The notes: generated from the letters alone by a model not told the origin. Counted from the stretch's first letter, positions 1 to 9,549 are shown. The stretch is DNA of 32,350 bases from a virus (IMGVR_UViG_3300030010_000011:1-32350), one strand, 5' to 3'. A program made the numbers and translations.

Positions 1-30
1 TAGCACACAGACATTCACACGTGATATGCT
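1..30 (+). promoter_or_regulatory. Possible promoter upstream of terS
   Basis: TAGCAC (1-6), 18 nt, TATGCT (25-30) in an AT-richer stretch; RBS GGAGGA at 80-85. Confidence 0.3.
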
Positions 31-89
31 CTATAAGGCGATTCAGCTAACCATTCTCTGGAAGAGTGGAAAAATCCCAGGAGGATATT

Positions 90-518
90 ATGGCGAAAGC
101 GGAAAACGCAAAAGAATTGGTGGTCAGAGATCCGGCCCCTAACGGATTGACCGCTAAATCTGCGCAATTCTGGTACGAGATGATCGAGACGTTCGACTTT
201 GCGCCACATGAGCGGATGATTCTCGAACAGGTCTGCCGAGAGCTGGACTTGATCGCCAAGATGGAGACCGCGCAGCGCGCCAGCTCGGTGATCATCGACG
301 GGCAGTACGGCGTCCCCACCTCGGCGCCGATGTTGGCCGAGGTGGCGCGACACCGAAGCCTGGTCGCACGCCTGACCGCCGCGCTGAAGCTTCCGGCCGA
401 CGCGGGGCTGGGCTCGGGCGAGGCCGTCCAGCCGACCAGCCTGGCCGACGCCGGCCGCAAGATGGTCGCGGCGCGCTGGGCCAAGGCCGGTCGCGGTGCA
501 GCTGCCGGTGGCGCGTAG
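90..518 (+). CDS. terS: Terminase small subunit
   Basis: ATG 90 after GGAGGA; pattern APNGL..SAQFW..MI...FDF..HE..ILEQVC...D....DGQYG....PML.E....R..VARL..AL.LP resembles actinophage TerS; directly upstream of terL. Confidence 0.85.
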   Translation: MAKAENAKELVVRDPAPNGLTAKSAQFWYEMIETFDFAPHERMILEQVCRELDLIAKMETAQRASSVIIDGQYGVPTSAPMLAEVARHRSLVARLTAALKLPADAGLGSGEAVQPTSLADAGRKMVAARWAKAGRGAAAGGA

Positions 519-2310
519 AAAGGTTGCCCCGCAGGCGCGAGACACGCGCGGTGACGACATCGAAAGTTGGTATCGCTCGGCCCTGAGCGAGCCGGCCGTC
601 CTGCCGTGGGCGGGGCCCGACACCAAGTGGAAACCGAACCTCATCGGCCTGATCTGGTCGGTCGATGAGACCGGGCGTTGGGTGCTGCCCGAGCGCACGC
701 TCGGGTGGGAGATGCTTCGATTCTCCGGCCTGCACTTTCAGGAGGAGCCCGGGCTCGACTGGCAGTGGACGCTTGAACAGGCGCGGATCATCTTGTGGTG
801 GTACGCCGTCGACGACCGGGGCCGGTTCCTGTTCCGCGACGGCGTGATCCAGCGGCTCAAGGGATGGGGCAAGGACCCGCTGGGCGCCGGCATCGCCATC
901 TTTGAGCTGGTCGGCGACTGCCGGGTCAAGTTCGCAGAGTCCGGGGAGCCGACCTGGCGCCCCGACGGCAATCCCGTCGCCTGTCGGGTGGCGTCGCCCT
1001 GGGTCCAGATGGCCGCAGTGACGCAGAGCCAGACCCGCAACACCATGCAACTGCTGCCCGGCCTGGTGAAGCCGGCCAGCCAACGTGAGTTCTCGATGTC
1101 GATCCAGAAGGAGATGGTCTACGCGCTGGGCTCGACCGCGGTCATGCAGGCCCTGACGAGTTCGCCCTCGGCTCTGGAGGGCAACCGCCCGACGTTCGTC
1201 CTGCTCAACGAGACTCACCTCTGGCTCGCCAACAACAACGGCCACGCGATGTCTGCCGTCCTGAGGCGCAACTCGACCAAGGCCAAGCGCGGGGCCACCA
1301 GGACGTTGCGGATCACCAACGCCTACGAGGACGGCCAGGATTCAATCGCTGAAAGAGATCGGGTGGCCTATGAGGATGCCCTGGCCGACCGAGCGGCCAG
1401 CGTCGGCCTGTTCTACGACTCGGTGGAGGCCAGCCCCGACGCCCCACTGACGGCCGAGTCGGCGCCCGAGGTGATCAACTCGGTCCGCGGGGACTCGGTG
1501 TGGCTCGACATCGAGAGCATCGTGCTCTCGATCCTCGATGTCCGGGTCAGCCCGGGGGAGAGCCGGCGCTTCTGGTTCAACCAGATCGAGGCTGCGGCCG
1601 ACGCCTGGTGCAAGCCGGAGTGGATCACTCGTACCGCCCGGCGGGGCGAGATCGTCGCTCCGGGCGAGCGGATCGTCCTGTTCTTCGACGGGTCCAAGTC
1701 CGACGACACCACCGCGCTGGTCGGATGCCGGATCTCCGACGGCTTCGTCTTCGTGCTCGGGGTCTGGGGGAAGCCGCCCGGTTGGCCGAAAGAGGGCCCC
1801 GCCTGGCGGGTGAACCGAGATGAGGTGAGCCTGCGGATTGACGAGGCGTTCGAGGCGTACCGCCCCATCATCTTCTGGGGCGACCCGTCCGACGTGCGCG
1901 AGGATGGCACTGACGAGCGATACTGGGAGGCCACGCTCGACCACTGGCACCGCAAGTACGGATCTCGCCTCGATCCGCGGTTCTGGGCCGTCAAGACGGG
2001 CGATAAGACACACTCGATCATCTGGGATATGCGCTCACCCGAGCGCCAGAAGATGTTCGTCGCGGCCACGGAGCTGACCATCTCCGAGATCGAGCACCGC
2101 GAGTTCCTGCATGACGGGTCGCAGGTGCTGCTCAACCACGTCAAGGCGGCCAGGCGCAGGCCGGGCAAGTACGGCGTTGGCATCGGCAAGTCGAACCGTG
2201 AATCGTCGCGCAAGATCGACGCCGCGGTCTGCATGGTGGGTGCGAGAATGGCCCGCAGAGCGTTCCTCAACGCCAAGGCGGAGGAGCAGAGGACCGGAAG
2301 GGTCTACTGA
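496..2310 (+). CDS. terL: Terminase large subunit
   Basis: TLEQAR Q-motif, Walker A QRLKGWGKD, Walker B VLLNETH, nuclease motifs FFDGSKSDD and KIDAAVC; start could be GTG 508. Confidence 0.96.
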   Translation: MQLPVARRKVAPQARDTRGDDIESWYRSALSEPAVLPWAGPDTKWKPNLIGLIWSVDETGRWVLPERTLGWEMLRFSGLHFQEEPGLDWQWTLEQARIILWWYAVDDRGRFLFRDGVIQRLKGWGKDPLGAGIAIFELVGDCRVKFAESGEPTWRPDGNPVACRVASPWVQMAAVTQSQTRNTMQLLPGLVKPASQREFSMSIQKEMVYALGSTAVMQALTSSPSALEGNRPTFVLLNETHLWLANNNGHAMSAVLRRNSTKAKRGATRTLRITNAYEDGQDSIAERDRVAYEDALADRAASVGLFYDSVEASPDAPLTAESAPEVINSVRGDSVWLDIESIVLSILDVRVSPGESRRFWFNQIEAAADAWCKPEWITRTARRGEIVAPGERIVLFFDGSKSDDTTALVGCRISDGFVFVLGVWGKPPGWPKEGPAWRVNRDEVSLRIDEAFEAYRPIIFWGDPSDVREDGTDERYWEATLDHWHRKYGSRLDPRFWAVKTGDKTHSIIWDMRSPERQKMFVAATELTISEIEHREFLHDGSQVLLNHVKAARRRPGKYGVGIGKSNRESSRKIDAAVCMVGARMARRAFLNAKAEEQRTGRVY

Positions 2311-3773
2311 TGAGCGAACTTATGGACGGCACGGTCACCGGGGCGTCCGGCATGATCTCTCTGATCGAGGACGAACTGCTCCCCATCTTCGCCAGGGATC
2401 GGGAAAAACTCGACCTGATCGATGAGTGGTCCCGATGGGAGCCGGCCTCGCCGAACATCCCCGCGCGGGGGGATACTCGCGAGTATCGGGCTTTGGCGGC
2501 CAACTCGCGCACGCCCTGGCCTTACCTCGTGATCGAGGCGATGGCCCAAGGGCTTCAGGTCAAGGGCTACCGATCGGACGCCAGGCGGGAGAACGACGAT
2601 GCCTGGGGGTACTGGCAGGGCAACGGGATGGACCGGCGCCAGCACCAGCTACACCGGACCGCGTTGACCTACGGACTGTCCTACGCCTCGGTGTCGATGG
2701 GGATCGACCAGCTGACCGGCGAGCCCATTCCCCTGATCGAGGGGTACTCCCCCCGCCAGTTCGCCGCCTTCTATGCCGACACCCGCGATGAGTGGCCGGC
2801 GTGCGCCCTGCGTGCCACCAGGGGCAGCCGCGGCGAGCGGCAATACGTGTTGTGGACTCCCGACGCCAAGACGCACCTCGTCAAGTCCCCAGGGGCCGGG
2901 GAGACCCGCTATGAGTGGCTGGTCCTGGGTGTCGAGCGGTTCGACAGCCCGGTCACCCCCGTGGTGCGCTACGTGAACCGAACCGATGACGAGGGGCGGA
3001 TCTGGGGTGAGGTTGAGCCGATCATCGATCTCGCCCGCCGACTCAATCAGACCACTTTCGACCGACTGGTCGTCCAGCGGTTCGCGGCCTGGGTCGTGCG
3101 AACCATCTCCGGCATGACGCTGCCCGAGGACAACACCGAGAGCGCCAAGCTCCGCCTCGCGGCCGACCGAATCCTGGTAGCCGAGGACCCCGACACCAAG
3201 TTCGGGTCCCTGGCCGCCAGCCCGATGGATGGATTCATCTCCGCCCACGACTCCGACCTGCGCGACTTCGCCGCCCTGACCCAGGTGCCCCCGCAGATGC
3301 TGCTCGGGCAGATGGCGAACCTCTCCGCCGAGGCTCTGAACTCAGCCAAGGACGGCTTTTTCCAGAAGCAAGACTTGAGCAAGACCAACCTCGGGGAGTC
3401 TCACGAGGCCTTGCTGCGCCTGTGCACGGTGCTCGACGGCAAGGAACTCCCCAGCCGGGCCAGCCGGTCGCAGATCCGCTGGGCGGACAAGGGGGCCGAG
3501 AGCTTCGCGGCGATCACCGACGCCCTGACCAAGCTCAAGACGATCGGCGTTCCCGCCGAGATGCTGTTCGAGAAAATCCCCGGCTGGACGGCCGAGGACG
3601 TCGAGCTGGCCAAGCGCCTGATCGAGAGCGGCGATGAGCTGAGCAAGCTGGTCTCCGCTCTCGGCTCTCAGGTCGGCCCCGGCCAGCCGGGGCCGACCGC
3701 CCCGAACACTGGGCCGGCGCCGAGTCCGAGCATCAACCCGGGCACCTCCGGTTCGGCGGGCTCGGGTGCCTGA
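2310..3773 (+). CDS. Portal protein (SPP1 gp6-like)
   Basis: Follows terL with TGATG overlap; motifs WQGNGMD..Q..LHR.AL.YG.SY, PVVRYVN, GEVEP, NLSAEAL; C-terminus rich in P/G/S/T. Confidence 0.93.
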   Translation: MSELMDGTVTGASGMISLIEDELLPIFARDREKLDLIDEWSRWEPASPNIPARGDTREYRALAANSRTPWPYLVIEAMAQGLQVKGYRSDARRENDDAWGYWQGNGMDRRQHQLHRTALTYGLSYASVSMGIDQLTGEPIPLIEGYSPRQFAAFYADTRDEWPACALRATRGSRGERQYVLWTPDAKTHLVKSPGAGETRYEWLVLGVERFDSPVTPVVRYVNRTDDEGRIWGEVEPIIDLARRLNQTTFDRLVVQRFAAWVVRTISGMTLPEDNTESAKLRLAADRILVAEDPDTKFGSLAASPMDGFISAHDSDLRDFAALTQVPPQMLLGQMANLSAEALNSAKDGFFQKQDLSKTNLGESHEALLRLCTVLDGKELPSRASRSQIRWADKGAESFAAITDALTKLKTIGVPAEMLFEKIPGWTAEDVELAKRLIESGDELSKLVSALGSQVGPGQPGPTAPNTGPAPSPSINPGTSGSAGSGA

Positions 3774-4698
3774 GCCCGCCGGGTCCGGCCCGGCCCCCAG
3801 CTCGACCCGATCGCAGGTGCCGCGCGACGTCGAGCTGGGGGCCGGGGCCGCCGCGGGCGCGGCGGCGGCCATGGTCGCGCTCGACGTCGCGTTTCGGCGC
3901 GCGCTGAACCTGCTACTGGCCCGGCTGATCGTGACCGTCGCCTTCGCCTGGCGCTACCGGATCAAGGGCGCCAGGGGGAGTGGTCGGTCTTGGGTGGCCG
4001 TCATGGCCAGGATCATCGCCAGCTTCAGGGGGCAGTCCGCCGACCTGGCCGCCGGCTACGTGGCCGCACTGCACGAGGTCGCCACGGGGGCCCCGCTTGA
4101 TCATGCACTGATCCATGTCCCCCCTCCAGTCAGCGCCAGGCAGCTCGCCATCACGTTCAATTGGGCGGGGCCGGGCCAGGCCCAGGCCAAGTTCGACAAG
4201 GCGCTGAGCGAGGCGCAGGCGGCCGTGGACAAGCTGCCCCAGTCCACCGTCAACTCCCTCGTGGCCGAGGCTGACCGCTCCGTCGGCAAGGCCGCCGAGG
4301 GCGCGGCCGTGCGCCTGGTGATGGACGCCGTGCGCGAAACGATCACGGAGACCACCAAGCGTGACGGCAAGTCACGCGGCTGGGCCCGAGTCAGCGACGG
4401 CAAGCCCTGCTACTTCTGCGCGATGCTCATCTCAAGAGGGCCGGTGTATCACTCAAGAGAAGTAGCGGCCTATGCGGACGGTATACCCGGAAACCCCTAC
4501 CACGACCACTGCGCCTGTTATTCCGTCCCCGTGTACGGAATGGGCTTCAAGGTTGGATGGACCCCAGAAGCGGTCGAGTATGACAAGCTATGGGCAATGG
4601 CAACCAGGGGGTATTCTGGTGCCGAGGCGCGCAATGCATTCAGGCGCGCCTTGAAAGCAATGCAGGAAGCCAAGCCCCCGGCGGGCAAGGCGACATGA
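3766..4698 (+). CDS. MuF-like minor head / 'capsid maturation protease' family protein
   Basis: Between portal and scaffold; GWARV..GKPCYFCAMLISRGPVY...YHDHCAC..VPV motif of this actinophage family; start uncertain (alternative ATG 3871). Confidence 0.8.
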   Translation: MPEPAGSGPAPSSTRSQVPRDVELGAGAAAGAAAAMVALDVAFRRALNLLLARLIVTVAFAWRYRIKGARGSGRSWVAVMARIIASFRGQSADLAAGYVAALHEVATGAPLDHALIHVPPPVSARQLAITFNWAGPGQAQAKFDKALSEAQAAVDKLPQSTVNSLVAEADRSVGKAAEGAAVRLVMDAVRETITETTKRDGKSRGWARVSDGKPCYFCAMLISRGPVYHSREVAAYADGIPGNPYHDHCACYSVPVYGMGFKVGWTPEAVEYDKLWAMATRGYSGAEARNAFRRALKAMQEAKPPAGKAT

Positions 4699-4718
4699 TC
4701 ACCCCAGGAGGGTAAGCC

Positions 4719-5276
4719 ATGGGCGACGAAAACGAAGACGGCAACGAAGGCGACGGCAACCCCCCAGGCGGGGACCCGCTGTCAAGGCTGGACGAAGCGA
4801 CCGCTGCGTGGGTCCGCGACCGGCTGCACAAGGCGCGCCAGGAGGCCAAGGGTCTGCGTGACCGCCTGAAGGCGGCCGAGCCCGTGCTCGAAGAGGCCCG
4901 CAAGGCCGAAGAGGCCAAGAAGAGCGAAGCCGAGCGCAACGCCGCCATGCTGAAGCAACTTGACGAGCGGGCCAACGCGGCCGAGCTTCGGGCCGCACGG
5001 ATCGAGGTCGCCTACGCCAAGAATCTGACCCCGGCCCAGGCTTCAAGGCTCGTCGGGAACACCGCCGAGGAGTTGGCCGCCGACGCCGACGTGTTCCTCA
5101 AGGACGTACTCGGCAGCGCGGCCGGCAAACAGGGCGACAAGAAACCCGCGGGGGGCAACCCCCTGGGCAGCCAGCCACTTCGGGGCGGGCTGAACGCAGG
5201 AGAGACGGACGACCCGGAAGCGCTGGACCCCGCCAAGTTGGCGGCCTCGGTCCCCCGTCACGGGCTGTTCGGTTAG
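4719..5276 (+). CDS. Capsid scaffolding protein
   Basis: RBS GGAGG; acidic N-terminus, coiled coil (KARQEAKGLR...KSEAER), RLVGNTAEELAADA motif; directly upstream of the capsid gene. Confidence 0.9.
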   Translation: MGDENEDGNEGDGNPPGGDPLSRLDEATAAWVRDRLHKARQEAKGLRDRLKAAEPVLEEARKAEEAKKSEAERNAAMLKQLDERANAAELRAARIEVAYAKNLTPAQASRLVGNTAEELAADADVFLKDVLGSAAGKQGDKKPAGGNPLGSQPLRGGLNAGETDDPEALDPAKLAASVPRHGLFG

Positions 5277-5339
5277 ACCGAACGGCCCCGGCCATGGGGT
5301 CGGCGGCGAGGGATCGAATGACCTGAGGAGGTCTACCCC

Positions 5340-6278
5340 ATGGCAGTCAACACGTACATCAAGCCCACGGTCATCGCGGCAACGGCGCTCGGCCTGCTGG
5401 AGCGCAACCTCGTCCTTGGGCGCGTCGTGCGCACCAAGGCCGGCGCCGACTTCAAGGGCGCACTGAACGACACGGTGACCCTGCGCATCCCGGCCAAGAC
5501 CGCGGCGCGCACCAACGCTCTGCGTGCGACCGGCTCCGGCCGACAGATCACGGTCGACACCATGAGCCAGCTCTCGATCGGGATGGCGCTGACCGACCAC
5601 ACGTACAACGCCATCGCGATCACCGATGAGGAGCTGACCCTCGACATCCGCGACTTCGGTCAGGAGATCCTTCTGCCCCAGGTCAAGGCCATCGCCAAGG
5701 CTATCGACGGCAAGATCGCCACGACCATGGCCGCGGCCAACTACCCCACGGCCAACGTGGTCCAGTTCAACGCCAGCAACCCGTGGGGCAGCGTGCTCGA
5801 CGTGCGCAAGGTGCTCAACGACGCCGACAACGACGCCGAGGGGCGAGTCTGGGTCATGGGTTCGGCCATCGAGCGTCTGCTGCTCGACGACAAGCGCTTC
5901 ACCACGTCCGACGTCGGTGGCATGGCCGCTGAGGGCGCGATCGCTGATGCGTTCGTCCGTCGGGCCGGCGGGTTCACGTTCCTGACCTCAAATGCGATCG
6001 ACCCCTACGTCGCGTTCGCAGTCACCCCGAACGCCTTCTCCGCGGCGTTCGAGGCGCCGGCCGTCCCTGAGGGCGCGCCGTGGGGTCATTCGATGACCTA
6101 CAACGGCCTCGCGCTGCGCTGGCTCAAGGACTACGACTCGACCAACCTCACGGACCGCTCGATCCTGAGCGTCTTCGCCGGTTACAAATCGATCGAGGAT
6201 GCAACCGACGCCTCGAACGCCCTCCTCAACAAGAACAACCGGGCCGTCAAGATCACCCTCGCCCCGTTCGGCAGCTGA
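5340..6278 (+). CDS. Major capsid protein (HK97 fold, P22-coat-like family)
   Basis: RBS GAGGAGG; 312 aa; DTVTLRIPA, ITDEELTLDIRDF, LRWLKDYD motifs; position after scaffold; ends ...APFGS. Confidence 0.92.
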   Translation: MAVNTYIKPTVIAATALGLLERNLVLGRVVRTKAGADFKGALNDTVTLRIPAKTAARTNALRATGSGRQITVDTMSQLSIGMALTDHTYNAIAITDEELTLDIRDFGQEILLPQVKAIAKAIDGKIATTMAAANYPTANVVQFNASNPWGSVLDVRKVLNDADNDAEGRVWVMGSAIERLLLDDKRFTTSDVGGMAAEGAIADAFVRRAGGFTFLTSNAIDPYVAFAVTPNAFSAAFEAPAVPEGAPWGHSMTYNGLALRWLKDYDSTNLTDRSILSVFAGYKSIEDATDASNALLNKNNRAVKITLAPFGS

Positions 6279-6284
6279 TCTGAG

Positions 6285-7304
6285 ATGGCAGCACAGGGGA
6301 GGGTCAGCGTCACGGCCTCGGTCGTGAGCGGCCCTCCCCTGCGCCACATCGGCTCAGAGCTGACTACGTTCTCCTGGCTGGCCGCCCTACTGCGGGCCGG
6401 GTTCGACGCCCGAGCTAGCATCATTCAGCCCGAGGCCGGAACTCTGGACGGCTTCACCCGCGAGGGCATCCCGGTCCACCACGCCTCCACATTGGTGGCC
6501 GAGATGCCGGACGTCCTGATCTGTCACGCAGACTACGCATATGACGCCAGGTTCGCGGGGCAACATCGACCGGGGACCAAGGTCGTCCTAGTCGCCCACA
6601 ACTCGCGGGAGAACGTCGAGGACGGGGTCCGCCTGACCCGTCATGACCTTCTGGTGGCCACCTCGCAGGCCACGCTCGACGAACTCGGGGCCGCAGGCGC
6701 GCTATGGCCCGGGGTGCCGACGCTGGTCGTCCACCCCCCAGCCCCGGCCGTGCGAGTGATCAACCCGGATCGGCGCGGGGATCGGTTCACCCTGATCAAC
6801 CTCGCCCCCTCCAAGGGGAGCGGGCTGTTCCTCAAGCTGGCCCAGCTCATGCCGGACATCCGGTTCCTGGGGATCGAGGGTGGCTACGGCGGCCCGGCCA
6901 CCGCACAGTTGGCCGCACTGCCCAACGTCCGGGTGGAGGCCCACGTGCCGCAGGCCGAGATGGGGGACGCGGCCTGGCGACACACCCGAGTGCTGCTCAT
7001 GCCGAGCGCTCACGAGTCATGGGGGATGGTCGGCGCCGAGGCGCTTGCCCACGGCATCCCCGTCATCGCCAGTCCGACCCCCGGCCTGATCGAGAACTTG
7101 GGCGACGCCGGGGTGTTCATCGACCCCGCGGACACCGCCCAGTGGGCGGCCGCGATCCGCAGGATGACGGACCCGACGGTCTATGCTAAGTCCAGTGCGC
7201 GGGCGGCCAGTCAGGCCGCCTCGCGCCCGAAAGAGTCGTCACAACTGTTCGTCGACGCAATCAGGAGGTTGGCCGATGCTCCCCCCGCTGATCAGCGTCG
7301 ATGA
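6285..7304 (+). CDS. Glycosyltransferase, GT-B fold, family 4-like
   Basis: LINLAPSKG and LLMPSAHESWGMVGAEALAHGIPVIASPTPGLIE (E-x7-E signature of retaining GT4 enzymes); N-terminal PPxxxxGSE motif. Confidence 0.9.
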   Translation: MAAQGRVSVTASVVSGPPLRHIGSELTTFSWLAALLRAGFDARASIIQPEAGTLDGFTREGIPVHHASTLVAEMPDVLICHADYAYDARFAGQHRPGTKVVLVAHNSRENVEDGVRLTRHDLLVATSQATLDELGAAGALWPGVPTLVVHPPAPAVRVINPDRRGDRFTLINLAPSKGSGLFLKLAQLMPDIRFLGIEGGYGGPATAQLAALPNVRVEAHVPQAEMGDAAWRHTRVLLMPSAHESWGMVGAEALAHGIPVIASPTPGLIENLGDAGVFIDPADTAQWAAAIRRMTDPTVYAKSSARAASQAASRPKESSQLFVDAIRRLADAPPADQRR

Positions 7305-7764
7305 GTTCGCAGTCGAGATCGTCGACGGGATCGCAGACGAGGATCTGGTTCGCGCTGGCACCCTGATCGCCCGAGTCTCAGCCAAGGCCCGCGAGCTGGC
7401 CGGGCAGAGCTTCGTCGACCCCGACACGCACCTACTGCTCGGCGTGCCCGATGTCGTCCTGGCCGCCGTCGTCGAGGCGAGCGTGCGGCGATGGAACACT
7501 CCGATCAGCGTCCTCAGCGAAACGATCGGTCCCACCACGACCGCCTACGACCGGGCCGCCGTCGCCGGGACCTACTTCACCGAGGCCGAGGAGCGCTCGC
7601 TGCGGGCCCTGCGCCCGTCGCAGCGCCCCTCACTCGGCACGATCCAGACCGATCGGGGGATGTGGGGCCTCGGCCACCGCCGAGGGCGGACCTGGGAAGA
7701 GCCCTACCTGGTGCCCGACGGCACGGCGCCGATCGGCCTGACGTGGGACCAGGAGGAGGACTGA
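7276..7764 (+). CDS. Head-to-tail adaptor
   Basis: ATG 7276 after AGGAGG; motifs VPDVV..VV.AS.R.WNTP....SETIGP...Y and YFTEAE..L typical of actinophage adaptors. Confidence 0.82.
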   Translation: MLPPLISVDEFAVEIVDGIADEDLVRAGTLIARVSAKARELAGQSFVDPDTHLLLGVPDVVLAAVVEASVRRWNTPISVLSETIGPTTTAYDRAAVAGTYFTEAEERSLRALRPSQRPSLGTIQTDRGMWGLGHRRGRTWEEPYLVPDGTAPIGLTWDQEED

Positions 7765-8120
7765 TGGCGCTCCAGTCGGCCCCCTACCGCCGCGGGGAGA
7801 CAATCACCCTGCACCGCCGGGCCGGATTCTCCGGGCGCACCACCTATGGCGCCGAGATCCCGATCTGGCTCGACGTCGAGGTGCGTGGAGTCTTCATCTG
7901 GCCGGCGGGGACGAGTGAGGACACCTCCCGTGAGGATCTGGTCGAGGTGGACCTCTCCGCCCTCGTCCCCCCGTCGGCCGAGGTTGGGGCTGGTGACGAG
8001 GTCACGATCGGGGGCGATCGATACCGGGTGGTCGGCCAGCCGATCCCGTGGAATGGCGGGCGCAGCGGAAGCCGGGCGCGCGCCATTGGAACGCAACTCA
8101 GCTTGGCGGTGGTGAAGTGA
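7764..8120 (+). CDS. Head-to-tail stopper/closure protein
   Basis: TGATG coupling with GGAGGAGG RBS; GETITLHR...TYG....W...V..VFIWP, DEVTIGGDRYRVVGQP. Confidence 0.8.
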   Translation: MALQSAPYRRGETITLHRRAGFSGRTTYGAEIPIWLDVEVRGVFIWPAGTSEDTSREDLVEVDLSALVPPSAEVGAGDEVTIGGDRYRVVGQPIPWNGGRSGSRARAIGTQLSLAVVK

Positions 8121-8434
8121 AGGTCAATCTGTATGGCGACGGCAATGGCGGCCACCTGGCCGACGTTGCCGTCGCCCACAATCCGGTGGTCATCGCGGCC
8201 CTGGGGACGATCGGCGCCTTCGTCGAGCGCGACGCCGCAGGCCGACTCGAGGCGCACCGCACGCCGGAAGATCGGCATCACGTACTGCTGACCCACGGTG
8301 ACGTCGACACCCTCGTCATCCTTGAGGGGCCGGCGCCACTGAGTGTCGAGTTCGGCCGCCGCGCCTCGGCCAAGCGGCGGGGCACCCCGGCTCTGCACAT
8401 CCTGACCGGCTCGATCCCCGGCAGGAGTTTCTAG
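8117..8434 (+). CDS. Neck/tail-completion protein (DUF5403-like)
   Basis: GTGA overlap; RLEAHR...HGDVD..VIL..PAPLSVEFG motif; position between stopper and tail terminator. Confidence 0.65.
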   Translation: MKVNLYGDGNGGHLADVAVAHNPVVIAALGTIGAFVERDAAGRLEAHRTPEDRHHVLLTHGDVDTLVILEGPAPLSVEFGRRASAKRRGTPALHILTGSIPGRSF

Positions 8435-8826
8435 TGTCCGACCCCGAGCTTCTGGTTCACGCGGCCATCCGCGACGGCATCCCGACGGTCTCCGTCTCCT
8501 CCGAGTTCCCCATCGACGTGGCGACCAAGATGCCCCTCGTGATCGCCTACCGCATCGGGGGTGGGGTTGACCGTACTGGCCTGGCCGACCGACCGCTGAT
8601 CGGGGTGCAGGTCCTCGCACAGACCCGGGCCGAAGCCAGTGGCGTGGCGTATCAAGTCAGGGATGCGCTCATGTCCGCATGGAGGCTCAGCAAGGTATTC
8701 TCTGGTCATGGGTCGATCGCATTCTTGACTGAGGTTACCGGGCCGATCGAGATCCCTGACGAGGACAAAGTACCGAATGGTGCCCACAGATATGCAAGCA
8801 CCTATCGGGTAACAACCCGCCCGTAG
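8434..8826 (+). CDS. Tail terminator protein
   Basis: PLVIAYRIGG...DRPLIGVQV.A....A...A..VR and C-terminal RY.STY.V..RP; precedes the tail tube gene. Confidence 0.78.
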   Translation: MSDPELLVHAAIRDGIPTVSVSSEFPIDVATKMPLVIAYRIGGGVDRTGLADRPLIGVQVLAQTRAEASGVAYQVRDALMSAWRLSKVFSGHGSIAFLTEVTGPIEIPDEDKVPNGAHRYASTYRVTTRP

Positions 8827-8852
8827 GTTCACAAGAGAGTGAAGGTGCCCAA

Positions 8853-9428
8853 GTGGCAAAAAATGACAACGCGGTGCTACTGCCGGGCACCGGGGCGGTC
8901 CTGGTCGGAGAGGTTGGCACCGCACTGAAGCCGACCTACGCGGCCCTGGCCCTGTTCCAGTCGGCCGGCACCCTGCCGTCCGGGTTCACGGACCTCGGCC
9001 ACACCTCGAACGACGACCTGCCCCAGTTCGGCCAGGACGGCGGCGACTCGACCACGAAGGCGACGTGGCAGACCAAGTCGTTCCGAGAGATCATCACCGC
9101 AGCCGCGGTCGACTACGTGACGGCCCAGCCGTTGCAGCTCGACAACACGGTGCTCAACCTCTACTACGGCGGTGGTTCGTCGAGCGCCGCCTACTCGTAC
9201 GACCTCCCCGACGTCGCAGCGACGATCAACAAGTCGCTCTGCCTCTGCTTCTTCGACGGCGTCTCCGTGTGGGGCTTCTACGCCTACAAAACGTCGGTTC
9301 GCCGGGATGACGCGATCGCCATGGCGAGCGACGACTTCACCAAGCTGCCCCTGCGTTTCACGATCTTGCAGGCCGCCGGGCAGAAGCGGGCCTCATGGAT
9401 CGGCTACGGCCTCGGCATCGGTTCGTAG
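8853..9428 (+). CDS. Major tail (tube) protein
   Basis: DNAVL.PGTG.V, LGHTS.DDLP.FG.DGGD...ATWQ, LQ.DN..L.LYYG; ends ...GLGIGS. Confidence 0.92.
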   Translation: MAKNDNAVLLPGTGAVLVGEVGTALKPTYAALALFQSAGTLPSGFTDLGHTSNDDLPQFGQDGGDSTTKATWQTKSFREIITAAAVDYVTAQPLQLDNTVLNLYYGGGSSSAAYSYDLPDVAATINKSLCLCFFDGVSVWGFYAYKTSVRRDDAIAMASDDFTKLPLRFTILQAAGQKRASWIGYGLGIGS

Positions 9429-9450
9429 CCGACCGCTCTCCATCTGCACT

Positions 9451-9549
9451 CCCCACCTGCCGGGCGTCTAGCGGCCCTCCATCCCGGCAGGTGGGGCTCC
9501 ACCGCACCAACCAGGAGGGCCGGACCGTCTCAACGCCCAGGAGGGCCGC
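9451..9549 (+). promoter_or_regulatory. 14-bp hairpin with an anti-Shine-Dalgarno loop (possible pseudoknot) upstream of the tail assembly chaperone
   Basis: CCCCACCTGCCGGG (9451-9464) pairs with CCCGGCAGGTGGGG (9483-9496); loop GCGGCCCTCC (9471-9480) is the reverse complement of GGAGGGCCGC (9540-9549). Confidence 0.6.

Noticed and set aside
1-60. cos/pac packaging site or genome end upstream of terS
   Set aside because: Only short CACAC repeats and a weak TCAC-GTGA palindrome; cannot be distinguished from promoter sequence without read-end data
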